Position numbers and translations under genes: made by a program. From the human T2T-CHM13v2.0 reference genome, Homo sapiens, in assembly GCF_009914755.1 (NCBI RefSeq), contig NC_060925.1: DNA of 64,000 nt; one strand, written 5' to 3'. Positions 1 through 15,761 of the stretch are shown piece by piece. The first letter of the stretch is position 1, and the number at the start of each line of letters is the position of its first letter. The notes under the pieces were generated by a model, which was not told the origin of the DNA, did not search any database, and saw only the letters and a list, made by a program, of their open reading frames with translations.

Positions 1-527
1 GGGACGGCTGTGGCGGGCGGATCACCTGAGGTCAGGAGATCGAGACCATCCTGGCTAACCCCGTGAAACCCCGTCTCTATTAAAATACAAAAAAAAATTA
101 GCCGGGCGTGGTGGCATACGCCTGTAGTCCCAGCTACTCAGGAGGCTGAGGCAGGAGAATTGCTTGAAACTGGCGGGGGTGGTGGAGGTTGCAGTGAGCC
201 AAGATCGTGCCACTGCACTCCAGCCTGGGTGACAGAGCAAGACTCCGTCTCCAGAAAAAAAAAAAGAAAGAAATTCCTTCAGTGGCACAACACAAAGCAC
301 CTGAAAAACAGAAAAGCAGAAAGCTGGAGTGCATGGTAAAATAAAATTACTTACAAAGAGAAAATTAATAAATTACAGGTCACTGGAGAAAGGTCAGAAG
401 TGTGTATACCTTCTATGGGAAAATTGGGCCAGTTAAAAGAAAAAAAAAAGTGTGTATATCCTTGGGGGCAGGGTGGGACAAGGGGTCCTTTTAAGTCTTT
501 TGTTGAATGGAGGGTTATCTTTGATTA

Positions 528-890
<363 letters not shown>

Positions 891-1502
891 TCATCCTCCA
901 AGCATTTACTCACCATGTTCCAGGCAGCTGCTGCTATATAGCCCATCCACTTTTGTCAGACCAAATGGTTATGGCCACATTGATCTCAAACAGAGAGCAC
1001 TTCTTTAAAATAGAGGACACAGCAGGCCGGGCACGGTGGCTCACGCCTGTAATCCCAACACTTTGGGAGGCCGAGGCAGGTGGATCACTTGAGGTCGAGA
1101 GTTTGAGACCAGCCTGGCCAACATGGTGAAACCCCGTCTCTACTAAAAATACAAAAATTAGCCGGGCGTGGTGGCAGGCACCTGTAATCCCAGCTATTTG
1201 GAGGCAGAGGCAGAAGAATTGCTTGAATCTGGGAGGCAGAGGTTGCAGTGAGCTGAGATGGTGCCACTGCACTCCAGCCTGGGTGACAAAGCGAGACTCT
1301 GTGTCAAAAAAAAAAAAAAGAGGACATGGCCCCTGGTGACTTGGCTACCAGCTTGGATGCTGAGGAAGGGTACAATACCTGCTTGCTTTAGTGTCTTCTC
1401 TTGAAAGACCTAGAAAATGAAACCATTTTTCATGGGGCAATATTATATGCTAAATATATTATTTTTTAATATTAAAAAGTTAATTGTGTTGCTTCTTTAT
1501 AG

Positions 1503-1540
1503 GCACAGATATGGAACCAAGGACTGTTGAGATAAACAGG
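1503..1540 (+). CDS. PATJ: PATJ internal coding exon, (G)TDMEPRTVEINR, start of PDZ10
   Basis: Acceptor ...ttctttatag| and donor AGG|gtaagt. 38 nt, ending in phase 0, in frame with the next exon. Peptide recalled as PATJ. Confidence 0.93.
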
Positions 1541-1897
1541 GTAAGTCAGTCATTTTGCTGTATGTATTTTTCTGGTTTGTGTTGGATTTGCACTAAATGT
1601 ACATTTTCCCCAATACAGTTTATTGGATTGTGAGTGTGCTCTTTCAAGTTACTGAGATAAAAATATGGTCTAAATAACATCAATAAATAGACTTAGAAAA
1701 GTACAGTAGAGCACAGAGATGACCTCTATGAATTTTTTGGCAAATCTCATCCACTATATTCTGTGCTATGTGTAAGTTTTATTTTTATTTATTTATTTTT
1801 TCAATCTTAGTCTTTTAACCTGTACATGTAAAGTTTTATAAAACAAAAATGGTATCATGTGGCACATACTAAATAAGTATTTTTTGAGAGCATATAG

Positions 1898-2161
<264 letters not shown>

Positions 2162-2583
2162 TAGCCAGGATGGTCTCGATCTCCTGACCTCGTGATCCAC
2201 CTGCCTTGGCCTCCCAAAGTGCTGGGATTACAGGCGTGAGGCACCGTGCCCGGCCAAATGTGCTATAAGTTTCTTAACCAGTTTCCTATTATTGAACAAT
2301 TAGCATATTTCTCAATTTTTGCTATCTTTTATAGTAAAACATCTTTATATTTTTGCCCAAATCATGAGTAACTTCCTCAGGATTAATTCCTAGAAATGAA
2401 ACTTGGGGGTCAAAAGCCAAGCTTGTTATTAGAGGCTTTTATACATGTTGCTAAATTTCCCTTTTGAGAAGATTATATAAGATGTATTTCATTCATAAAT
2501 TTGTCGAACCCTGATTTTCAGACTCCTGTGTGATGATATCTAATGAAAGTAGACTCTTTTTTTCTTTTTCTTTTTCTTTTTGA

Positions 2584-2820
<237 letters not shown>

Positions 2821-3029
2821 TGAAGTGCTAGGATTACAGGCATGAGCCACCAGGCCCGGCCAAAAGTAGACTTTCATTTTGCTCACTTTGACCTAAATGA
2901 GGGGTTCAAGAAGAAATAATGACCCTGTTGTAATCATGGTAATCCACTGCAGTAAAGTGATATCCAGCATAACTTACTTCTCTAGATTTAATGATACCTC
3001 TGTTTGAAGGCATTCTACCATTTATTAGC

Positions 3030-3413
3030 TGCATTAGTTTGCTAGATCTGCAGTTATAAAACACCACAGACTGGGTGGCTTAAACAGTGGGAATTTATTT
3101 TCTCACAGTTCTGAAGGCTAGATCCAAGATGAAGGTGTCTGCAGGTTTGACTTTTCCTGAGGCCCCCCTCCTTGGCTTGCAGATGTCCACTTTCTTGCTG
3201 TAGCCACACGTGGCCTTTTTTGTGTGTCACTCATCATCCCTGGTGTCTCTCCTATGTCCTAATCTTTTCTTATAAGGACACCAGTCACATTGGACTAGGG
3301 CACACCCTGGCCTCATTTTAAAGGCCCTATCTCCAAATACAGTCACATTCTGAGGCCCTGGTACTTGGGGCTTCAACATGTGAATCTTAGGGGGACCCAA
3401 TTCAGCCTGTACA
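3030..3413 (-). mobile_element. MLT1-type MaLR solo LTR
   Basis: Typical cacagactgggtggcttaaac...tctcacagttctg text, TG/CA ends and a 5-bp TSD TTAGC. Confidence 0.82.
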
Positions 3414-3540
3414 TTAGCTGTACAGCTGGGTGCGGTGGCTCATACCTGTAATCCCAGCATTGTGGGAGGCCGAGGTGGGAGGATCACTGAGCCCAGGAGT
3501 TTGAGACCAGCCTGGGCAACATGGGGAAACTCCGTCTCTA

Positions 3541-3783
<243 letters not shown>

Positions 3784-5483
3784 TCAACCTCAATTTTCTC
3801 ATCTGTAGAATGGGGGTGATAACACTAACTCACCTCAAAGGTAAATATTATTGTGTGGATTACATGAGGTCATGAATGTAATGTCTTTAGCATAGCACCT
3901 AGTGCATCAGGAATGCCCAGGAAGTGGCTTCTGTTGTTATTAGCTACAGCTTTGACTAAATCTGCCTTATTTGTTCCCGGTATTTTTCCACCAGAGTAGC
4001 AACTCAAATGTTCCTATGATGGGGAAGTTAAATGTACCAACAGTATATATAATTATAGATAAATTAAGGAAACATCATGATGGATTTAAACAAAGCCAAA
4101 ACATTATTGCATAAATTTCTCCTCTAAGATTTCAAAAATAATATTCTTTTATATTTCCTTAGTCATTTCAGCCACTTGTTTTTACAGGCTTTTGTAATAA
4201 AGCCTGCTCCTACCTACCCTATTCTACCACACGTGACCCAAGCATAAATTTCTTTCTTTTTTTTTCCTGAGACAGAGTCTCACTCTGTTACCCAGGCTGG
4301 AGTGCAGTGGTGCAATCTCGGCTCACTGAAACCTCCACCTCCCAGGTTCAAGTCATTCTCCTCCCTCAGCCTCCCAGGTAATTGGGATTACAGGTGCGTG
4401 CCACCACATCCAGCTAATTTTTTGTATTTTCAGTAGAGACAGGGTTTCGCCATGCTGGCCTGGCTGGTCTCAAACTCCTGACCTCGAGTGTTCCACCCAC
4501 CTCATCCTCCCAAAATGCTGGGATTACAGGAGTGAGCCACCACACCCAGCCTCTAAACTTCTGCTATGCTGGTTTGGGTCTGTCTCACACATAAGCAGCC
4601 TGAGAGTTCTGTGGGTTCACAAACAGAATTGAGGATTCGTTTTCTTCAGCTTCCTCTTCTCTGCTTTTCTTCTCTTTCCCTCTTTCTTGATTCTTCTGCC
4701 CAGAAGGATGGAATTTCTATCTGAATGTTAGCATTCACCGTACCTTTCCAGCTCCTTGACTGGGAATCACCTTCAGGGTACAGCTGCCAGGAAAAAAAAT
4801 AAAACTGGGAACTTCCCCTGCTGCTGCCATTTCTCCAAGTTTTGACTCTCCACCATACTTTATTTGGTTTCTTTTTGTTTCAGAGGCCACAGGTAGTTGT
4901 TTTTTACATTTTGACTAGACATCTTGATTGTAACCAGCAGGAGAGATACGCTGTCACGTGCCTGTGCTGCCATGCCAGAACTGGAACTTGTCATTTGTTC
5001 TTTTAGTGATTTTAAAAATATTAACCCTATGATACTAATGTGGGGAAAAAACTGGACTAGAGCCAAGTCTCTTCACCAGAGTCCGTCTTGGGGAACATTT
5101 TCAGCCACATTTTATGTCTGTCTTCAAACTGTTGTCACTACAGTGGGTGTCCTCTCAGATCCTTTGTTTTAACGCAGTCTTTTAAAGCCAAATGTGTTTG
5201 TTCACACCCAGAAGAGCATAGTATGTGTGGCAGTTTAATCATAAACACCATATGAGAACATACTTGCCAAGTCTGCATCGGAATTGGCCACTAAACTAAG
5301 GAGCTGCATAGGGTGTTGTGTGTGTGTGTGTGTGTGTTTAATTTACTCCTGCTATTGCCTTTTATTGAGCCTTTTCTGTAGGCCATGACAGTGCCATACT
5401 ATCTCATTTAATGCTCAGACCAACACTGTCAGGTATGTAGTATTCTTCTCATTTTATACATAGAGATGGAGGCTTTAAGAGGT

Positions 5484-5954
5484 AGTCAGCCTAAATAACA
5501 AACAGAGAGGCTCTCTAAAGGAAAATGATGTTTATTCAGGAATGGGAATATGCGGGCCAGTTTATTCAGGAATGGGAATATGCGGGCCATAGTAGACTAT
5601 GTGCATATTCAGGGAGGTAAGGAAAATAAAAGGTTTTAGAGGACAAAATGAGAAATATATAATTATTTTGAGATAACTATCCTTGGCTACAAAGATTAAT
5701 AACAGGGGTGACACACAGCCCAAGGCTGGACAGGCATCTGCTGGACAGATGCACTTGTAGAAGTATTTTTTTATGAAAGGTTGTGATGTCCTTCCTGCAG
5801 GGTTGTGGTTTTTGCAGTCTTTTGTGATAATTTTTGTTATCAGGCATACAAGCCTGAGAACTCTTTCTTCATAGCCTTTCCGGGCTCTATTGGTAAGGAA
5901 TTTTTTTTTTTTTTTGACACAAATGACTCCATTTTGATTCTGACAACTTTCACA
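5484..5954 (-). mobile_element. ERV1 (MER4-group-like) solo LTR inserted into a MIR
   Basis: Minus start TGTGAAAGTTGTCAGAATCAAAATGGAGTCA, AGGT duplicated on both sides, and MIR core sequence continues across it. Confidence 0.7.
5530..5589. repeat. Perfect 30-bp tandem duplication within the LTR
   Basis: gtttattcaggaatgggaatatgcgggcca x2. Confidence 0.95.
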
Positions 5955-6179
5955 AGGTTAAGTAACTTCCCCCAAGACCCCACAGCTAATTAAGAGCTAG
6001 AGCTGGGGCTGGGTAGGGTAGTTCACGTCTGTAATCCCAGCACTCTGAGAGGCCAAGGCGGGTGGATCACCTGAGGTCAGGAGTTGGAGACCTGCCTGGC
6101 CAACATGGTGAAGCCCTGTCTCTACTAAAAATACAAAAAATTAGCCAAGTGTGGTGGCGCGCACTTGTAATCCTAGCTA

Positions 6180-6306
<127 letters not shown>

Positions 6307-6454
6307 CTACTCCAAAGGTTCCACATTTAACTCCTATGTTATCCTGGCCTCCTACCTCATGGAGGGATTTTGTTCCAACAGCTATCTATCTAGGGATAGT
6401 CAGTTTGTGGCTCTTTATTAAATATAAAAGCATTATGTTTTCTTCCTTTTTTAG

Positions 6455-6577
6455 GAGCTCAGTGATGCCCTTGGAATCAGTATTGCTGGAGGAAGAGGAA
6501 GTCCCTTAGGAGATATCCCCGTATTTATTGCCATGATTCAGGCTAGCGGAGTGGCCGCACGGACACAGAAGCTTAAA
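6455..6577 (+). CDS. PATJ: PATJ coding exon, PDZ10 N-half ([41 protein letters not shown])
   Basis: Strong polypyrimidine acceptor ttttttag|, donor AAA|gtaaac, 123 nt = 41 codons. Contains the GLGF-like loop ALGI. Confidence 0.96.
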
Positions 6578-7323
6578 GTAAACGAGAGAACTGGTTGAAA
6601 GACTAACAATATGTGTTGGGGTGGGAGAGGAAGTTGCAGCCCTGGGCACCTTGTTTAAAGTTGGAATTCCAGTAGCCATCAGAGACCCAGGCTGAGGGCA
6701 AGATGCATTAGATAAACTTGATACCTTTAGAAATTCATTAGGTCCCCAGGCACATAAAAATATTATTATTTGTATCAAAGCTTCTCCATAAAAGAAGAAA
6801 TTGCAGCCCCTTTGCAAACCCTCCTTTACCCTTTTAAGCACCTCATTCCACCCAAAATCAGCTCTCAACTGAGAGACATTTGACCTTAGAGTCTTCCCTC
6901 AATCAAAAGAATCACCATTTTTATGATTTCTCCCCCTTGTTGCCCCTTAATCTTAACTTCAGTAGAAAAATATAGCAGAAAATATTTGGCTTCCTCATTA
7001 GAACTTTATTGAACGGTTGATGTGTACACTTCGCTTTTACTGGCAAATGGTTGTATGAAACACCACCATTACCAAAATACAAAAATGGCCTACTGTGCCT
7101 TTTAATAATCAAATGTGACCCCCTTCTTGTTGCTCTGATTTGTCTGTATTTGGGGAAAGCCAAAAAAATTCCTCATGCTTCTTGAACATGCATGCACGGT
7201 AGTAATGCAGAATCCTCACAATAGCCACAAATGGGAAATAGGACTCGCAAAGAATTTTAAGCATTCTTCTCAAATTTAATTTTTCTTAATGATAGTGATT
7301 TTCTGTCATTTTTGTACTTCCAG

Positions 7324-7428
7324 GTTGGAGATCGGATTGTCAGCATTAACGGGCAACCTTTGGATGGGCTGTCTCACGCGGATGTGGTTAATCTGCTGAA
7401 GAACGCCTACGGGCGCATTATCCTGCAG
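7324..7428 (+). CDS. PATJ: PATJ coding exon, PDZ10 C-half ([35 protein letters not shown])
   Basis: Acceptor ttccag|, donor CAG|gtattg, 105 nt. Has the canonical PDZ GD-x-I-x-x-ING and H-x-x-x-V motifs. Confidence 0.96.
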
Positions 7429-9146
7429 GTATTGCGATCAACGGAGCACGCAGCTGTGCAAGGCAGATAAGTGGCATGCAAAAAAGATTGAGCGTCACTG
7501 GCAGTAGACATCGCCACCCAGCAGGGTGCTTGCTGATGTGAATTACGAAGGTTGAAAGCAAGAAATTATTATTTTTATTCAGAAATTCTTTAATGCCACC
7601 CATACAGGTAGTGAGCATGATTATATGAAAGCATAACAAGGGGAGAAAAATTACTCTCTGCTTCACATGATAAATCAACACAGCTTTTAGTTTCCAGTGT
7701 TCTTTTGTAAATCAGAATTTGTAAGGAATAAGAAATGATTTCTTTTCTTATGCCCAAAGACTGTTACTGAACTGCCCAAGTGCTGTTTCTTCTTTTCCCC
7801 TTAAAGGAAGAGGAAAAATACAATGGTCTTTTTCCTTTAGCATAGATTGCCAACACTGTTAAATTGTCACGCGTAGCAGTCATCAACCAAGGCAGACAAT
7901 TGTTTATCAGCTGTGGTCCCCAGCTGTATTGTTCAGAGGCACAAGGAAATATACCAGGATGTAAAAGCAAAGTGTGCTGTTAATTACCCCTGCTTATATT
8001 TTAGCCCTTCAGATGTCTCTGAGATTGACACCATGCAGTGACTGAGAGGCAGCATACTGGCAGTGAGTTTCATTAATGAGTTTCCCCAGAAATGTATGCT
8101 TACCATAGGTCTGCAGAGGTAATATAAAGTGGTTTATAGGTGGCTAGGCGCGGTGGCCCACGCCTGTAATCCTAGCACTTTGGGAGGCTGAGGTGGGCGG
8201 ATCACCTGAGGTCAGGAGTTCGAGACCAGCCTGGACAACATGGTGAAACCCCGTCTCTGCTAAAAGTACAAAAATTAGCCAGGCATGGTGGTGGGTGCCT
8301 GTAATCTCAGCTACAGGAGGATGAGGCAGGAGAATCACTTGGACCTGGGAGAAGGAGGTTGCAGTGAGCCAAGATTGCTCCACTGTACTCCAGCCTGGGT
8401 GACAGAGTGAGACTGTCTCAAAAATAAAATAAAATAAATTAGTTTATAGGTATAAAGAATAAAGCCCACCACTTACTACCTTAGAGAGAGGGCCAGCCAG
8501 CCACTCATCATTCTAGCCTTAAAATAAGAAGTTTGGGCTGAGTGCAGTGGCTCACACCTATAGTCCCAGCACTTTGGGAGGCTGAAGCAGGAGGATCACT
8601 TGAGGCCAGCAGTACAAGACCAGCCTAGGCCATAGCAAGATCCCGTCTCTACAAAAAAGTTAAAAAGTTAGCCCGGCATGGTGGTGTGTGCCTGTAGTCT
8701 TAGCTACTCAAGAGACTGAAGCAGGAGGATGGCTTGAGCCCAAGAGTTGGAGGCTACAGTGAGCCAGTATTGTGCCACTGCATTCCTGCCTGGGCAGCAG
8801 AGTGAGACCCTGGCTCAAAATAAATAAAAATCATATAGGAAGTTCAAATTGAAAAACCATTACATAGCTGGGCATAGTGGCTCACGCCTATAATCCCAAC
8901 ACTCTGGGAGGCCAAGGCAGGAGAATTGCTTGAGCCCAGGAGTTTTGAGACCAGCCTGGGCAACATGGTATGATACCCCATCTCTACAAAAAAAATAAAA
9001 ATAAAAATTTAATTTTAATAATAAAAAATAAAAATTAGAAAAAAAGAAAAACTGCTGGGCACGGTGGCTCACACCTGTAATCCCAGCACTTTGGGAGGCT
9101 GAGGCGGGCGGATCACGAGGTCAAGAGATTGAGACCATCCTGGCTA

Positions 9147-9422
<276 letters not shown>

Positions 9423-10742
9423 TTAAAAAGTAAGTGGCTTTCAGTATGTATGAGGGGTATAATGAAAATCCTGTCAGTTTACTATCACACTAGTCTTTAA
9501 GTTAAAATTTTAAAAGAAAGAAAAGAAAATCCTGTCATTAATTTCAAGGGAGTTTATGTGATAGGCCAAATATTATTAAATTATTTGGGTCCCTGATTTT
9601 CTATTGAACACAAACCAAAACACTGTGCGGACTGGGCATAGAATCTGCTTCCCCTCAACTCCTGGTCCTCACTTTCAGTGGAAACCTACACAGTTAACTG
9701 CATTGCTTCCTCCACCCTACAAATCCTTTGCTTTCTGAAATGGGTGGCTGTGCTTGCTCATCCTTCACGTTATGCTGACCCCTAGAGGCAGTACAGTGCA
9801 GCTCTTCAGTGCTGAGCCCGGGACCTTGAATTACAAAGACCTTAGGAGGATCCTACTTCAAATGGTAACTGACCAGAAAAAAGTCTCTCTCCCTTAGCAA
9901 AATCTAGTATTATTGATATTTTCACACATGGATATAATTTGTTCAGCTCTGTCTTCCTCACAAATAAATAAGAAGACACAATTAGCCAGGTGTGGTAGCG
10001 CATGCCTGTAATCCCAGCTACTCAGGAGGCTAAGGCAGGAGAATTGCTTGAACTCAGGAGGCGGAGGTTGCAATGAGCCAAGATCACCCCATTGCACCCC
10101 AGCATGGGCTACAAGAGTCAGACTCCGTCTCAAAAAAAAAAGGCACATAGAAACTAGCTGCTCGGAGGATGAGGCAGGAAGATCACTTGAGCCCAAGAGT
10201 TTGAGGCTGCAGTGAGCTATGATTATAGCACTGCACTCAGCTTGGGTGACAGAGTGAGATCCCAGCTCTAAATAAGTAAATAATAACATTATTTAACTAT
10301 AATGTCATAATAATAAAAACCAATATAACCAAATATTAGGATGAATGAATTATTATTTTTTTTTTTTGAGATGGAGTCTCGCTCTGTTGTCCAGGCTGGA
10401 GTGCACTGCAACCTCCCCCTCCCGGGTTCAAGCAAGTCTCCTGCCTCAGCCTCCCAAGTAGCTGGGACTACAAGCATGCACCACCATACCTGGCTAATTT
10501 CATATTTTCAGTAGAGATGGGATTTCACCATGTTGGCCAGGCTGGTCTCAAACTCCTGACCTCAAGTGATCTGCCCGCCTTGGCCTCCCAAAGTTCTGGG
10601 AGTACAGGCATGAGCCACCACGCCCAGCTGAATGAATTATTAGTAGCATGGGGATTTGTGGTGTTTTGGTAGAAGGGAAATGTGAGTTAAATCTTTATCT
10701 TCCACAATAAGAAGTGATTAGATATCAAAAATTTTAAAATCA

Positions 10743-11009
<267 letters not shown>

Positions 11010-11089
11010 TTAGGGAGTAAGAATCTGTAATGGGGGTAAAGGAGCAAGGACTCTTTCATTAAATACTATAGAATCATTTTGACTTTTTA

Positions 11090-11517
<428 letters not shown>

Positions 11518-11741
11518 TTAGAAATGATGTAACAGTTAAGTGGAAGAGTTTGGCGAGCTAAATTTTCATCTCTTAGAGTAGGGAGTCAGTGGACACCAAG
11601 ATAGTACATTTCAAAATAGGCACATAAGAATATTATTTAGCTTATTCTTTAGAATTAAAAAGAGAAAAGTTCAATGTGCTTCTAGGGAGGGCAAGTGTTG
11701 AATTTTTTTTATCATGTACTGTACTATTTCATTTTTTATTA

Positions 11742-12035
<294 letters not shown>

Positions 12036-12129
12036 CTAGTCGAGAGTGAGACACCGTCTCGAGAAAAAAGAATAGAAAAGAACCAAGAATATAGGTCTGT
12101 TTGAAAAGCAGCTAAACAGATTTGAGTAG

Positions 12130-12543
<414 letters not shown>

Positions 12544-12660
12544 TAACAAGCTCCTAGGTATTGGTGATGCTGCTAATTCAGATCCCATGCCTCAGACCCA
12601 GTGGAGTAGAGCATTATTTAGGGATGAAAAAGGTCTCCCCACGTTATTCTCTTCATCTGA

Positions 12661-13161
<501 letters not shown>

Positions 13162-13782
13162 TAGAAACTCTCCATCGAAGAATAGGGAGTGCCTGGGTGT
13201 TGATGTCCTTCCAGACCATGGTTCTCCAAAGCTGGAGAAATCTGTGTCTGTGCCTCGGGCGCAGGCCTCGCCCAGAGCAGATACCTCCTCAGTGCTGCCC
13301 ACATGGAGTTGCTGAGCCATTCCAATCAAGCTGAAGGACATGAACTAATAGGGGAACAAATCAGCACAGTTACCAATGTAGTCCAGAAAAATTCCAGGAG
13401 GGGAGGAAGACGGATGGCTTACCCAGGGTTGGAAATGGAAAAGGTGTGTCATTGAGGGTGCAGAGCAGGCGCGTCATGGCCTATGTATCACTAAAGGAAT
13501 GATCTGCTATTAGGTCTTTACCTTAGTTGCATAATAAAATCACTGATTTTAATACCTGTTCCTGGGCCCCACCCCAGAGGTTCAGATTTAATTTTTCTGG
13601 GATATGGCATGGACATCAGATGATTTTAAAATTTCTCAGGTGATTCTAATATGCAGCCAGGGGTAAGAAAAGTAGTCTCCAGGGTTTGCAAATAAAAAGC
13701 CAACTAATGCTTAGGCCAGGTGTGGTGGCTCACGCCTGTAATCCCAGCACTTTGGGAGGCCGAGGTGGGGGGGATCGCTTCA

Positions 13783-14022
<240 letters not shown>

Positions 14023-14490
14023 TTAATGCCATGAAGACAGTGATAAACTGCAGGAAAAGGACAAAGACCCAAGGTTTGAAAGTTGAAATGAACACCTAGC
14101 CCAAGTTAGGTAGGAGAGGTAGGCTGTAGTGTCAGAAAGTCGTGAGTTTGAATCCTTTTACTAAAGTCTCACCTTCTATTCCTCTAAAACAGGGACTGTG
14201 GAGCTCCTTTCTTAAAAAGGTTGCTCTGAGGATTAGATGAAGTGTGATGTAAAGTGTCTAATAAATACAGGATGTTGCAAATGATAAATACTAAGTGGTA
14301 TCTTATTACTTTCATTGTACTAACATAGGCTTGAAGTTAGAGGATACTAAAATTCCTTTATAAAATCCTGGAAGTGGAGTGGTTTTCCAGGTGGCATTTG
14401 AGGTGTGTGCCACTAGGTGGCAATGTGGCTGGAAGTCAGTTTGCCCTTTTCGAATTTTACTCCAAGTGCTTCACACTTCTTCAGACCATT

Positions 14491-14521
<31 letters not shown>

Positions 14522-14523
14522 GA

Positions 14524-14628
<105 letters not shown>

Positions 14629-14635
14629 TGAGTAG

Positions 14636-14815
<180 letters not shown>

Positions 14816-15112
14816 TAAATTTTTAACAGACACATAAAAATCAATATATTCTGGTGTCACTAAAATCAGGGTCACTAGATTCTGGACAAAAACTTTAAGC
14901 AGCTGTGCTTTCTATTTCAGTAAGTTACACCAAAGGCCAGGCATGGGCTTTTCTTGTGTGTGTGTGTGTTTTTCTGTAATGTGTCCCCATCTTAAGATGC
15001 CAGCTTTCTCAGGGATCACCTTAACTTTACAGCCTTCCTGTTTGTTTTCAACATGTGTGCACCCATAGTTTGAGGGTCCAGCTGCATGTAAGTGCTGAGG
15101 ATTTTTATGTTT

Positions 15113-15115
<3 letters not shown>

Positions 15116-15156
<41 letters not shown>

Positions 15157-15170
15157 TGTGTGTGTGTGTG
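15116..15170. repeat. (TG)n microsatellite at an Alu tail
   Basis: Directly visible. Confidence 0.97.
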
Positions 15171-15570
15171 GTGTGTTGTTTTTTTGAGACAGGGTCTCAC
15201 TCTGTCCCCCAGGCTGGAGTGCAGTGGCACAATCATGGCTCACAGCAGCCTTGATCTGCCAGGCTCAAGCAATCCTCCAACCTCAGCCTCCCAAAGTGCT
15301 GGGATTACAGGCATGAGCCGCCACACCCAGCCAGTGCTAAATTTCAGATTTGGTACTGAAAGGCTTGGGTCCTAATAAGTCTAAGGGCTAATCTTCTTCT
15401 TTCGCAGGAACCTTTAGGAGAGTTCTAAGCAAGGAGCTCAAGCTTTTATGCATTGTAATATCTTTCTTATCTGGAAATTATTTTGACTTCTCAATTCTCC
15501 AAAACATAATACCTAAACCTGTTTTTAAAGAAAGATACTCAACCTAGGTCCATGCAGTAAAGACCTCTAC

Positions 15571-15645
15571 TTTATTACTCATTTCGAAAGCTTAATAAAT
15601 ACACAATATTTCACTGTAGAACATATAGTTCTAATTAAGTTTAAT
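15571..15645 (-). terminator. Candidate poly(A) signals of the antisense gene
   Basis: Minus-strand ATTAAA (15645-15640) and AATAAA (15576-15571), about 120 and 190 nt after the TGA, in AT-rich UTR-like sequence. Confidence 0.5.
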
Positions 15646-15761
15646 GTTCCTTTTACCCTAAGTTATTAAATGCAACATGGAGGCAAAGCACAAGAGAGTA
15701 CATGAAAATAAATATCTTCTTAAAGGAAAACAGTGGGGAAGGTGGCACAAATTAAGGAAAT

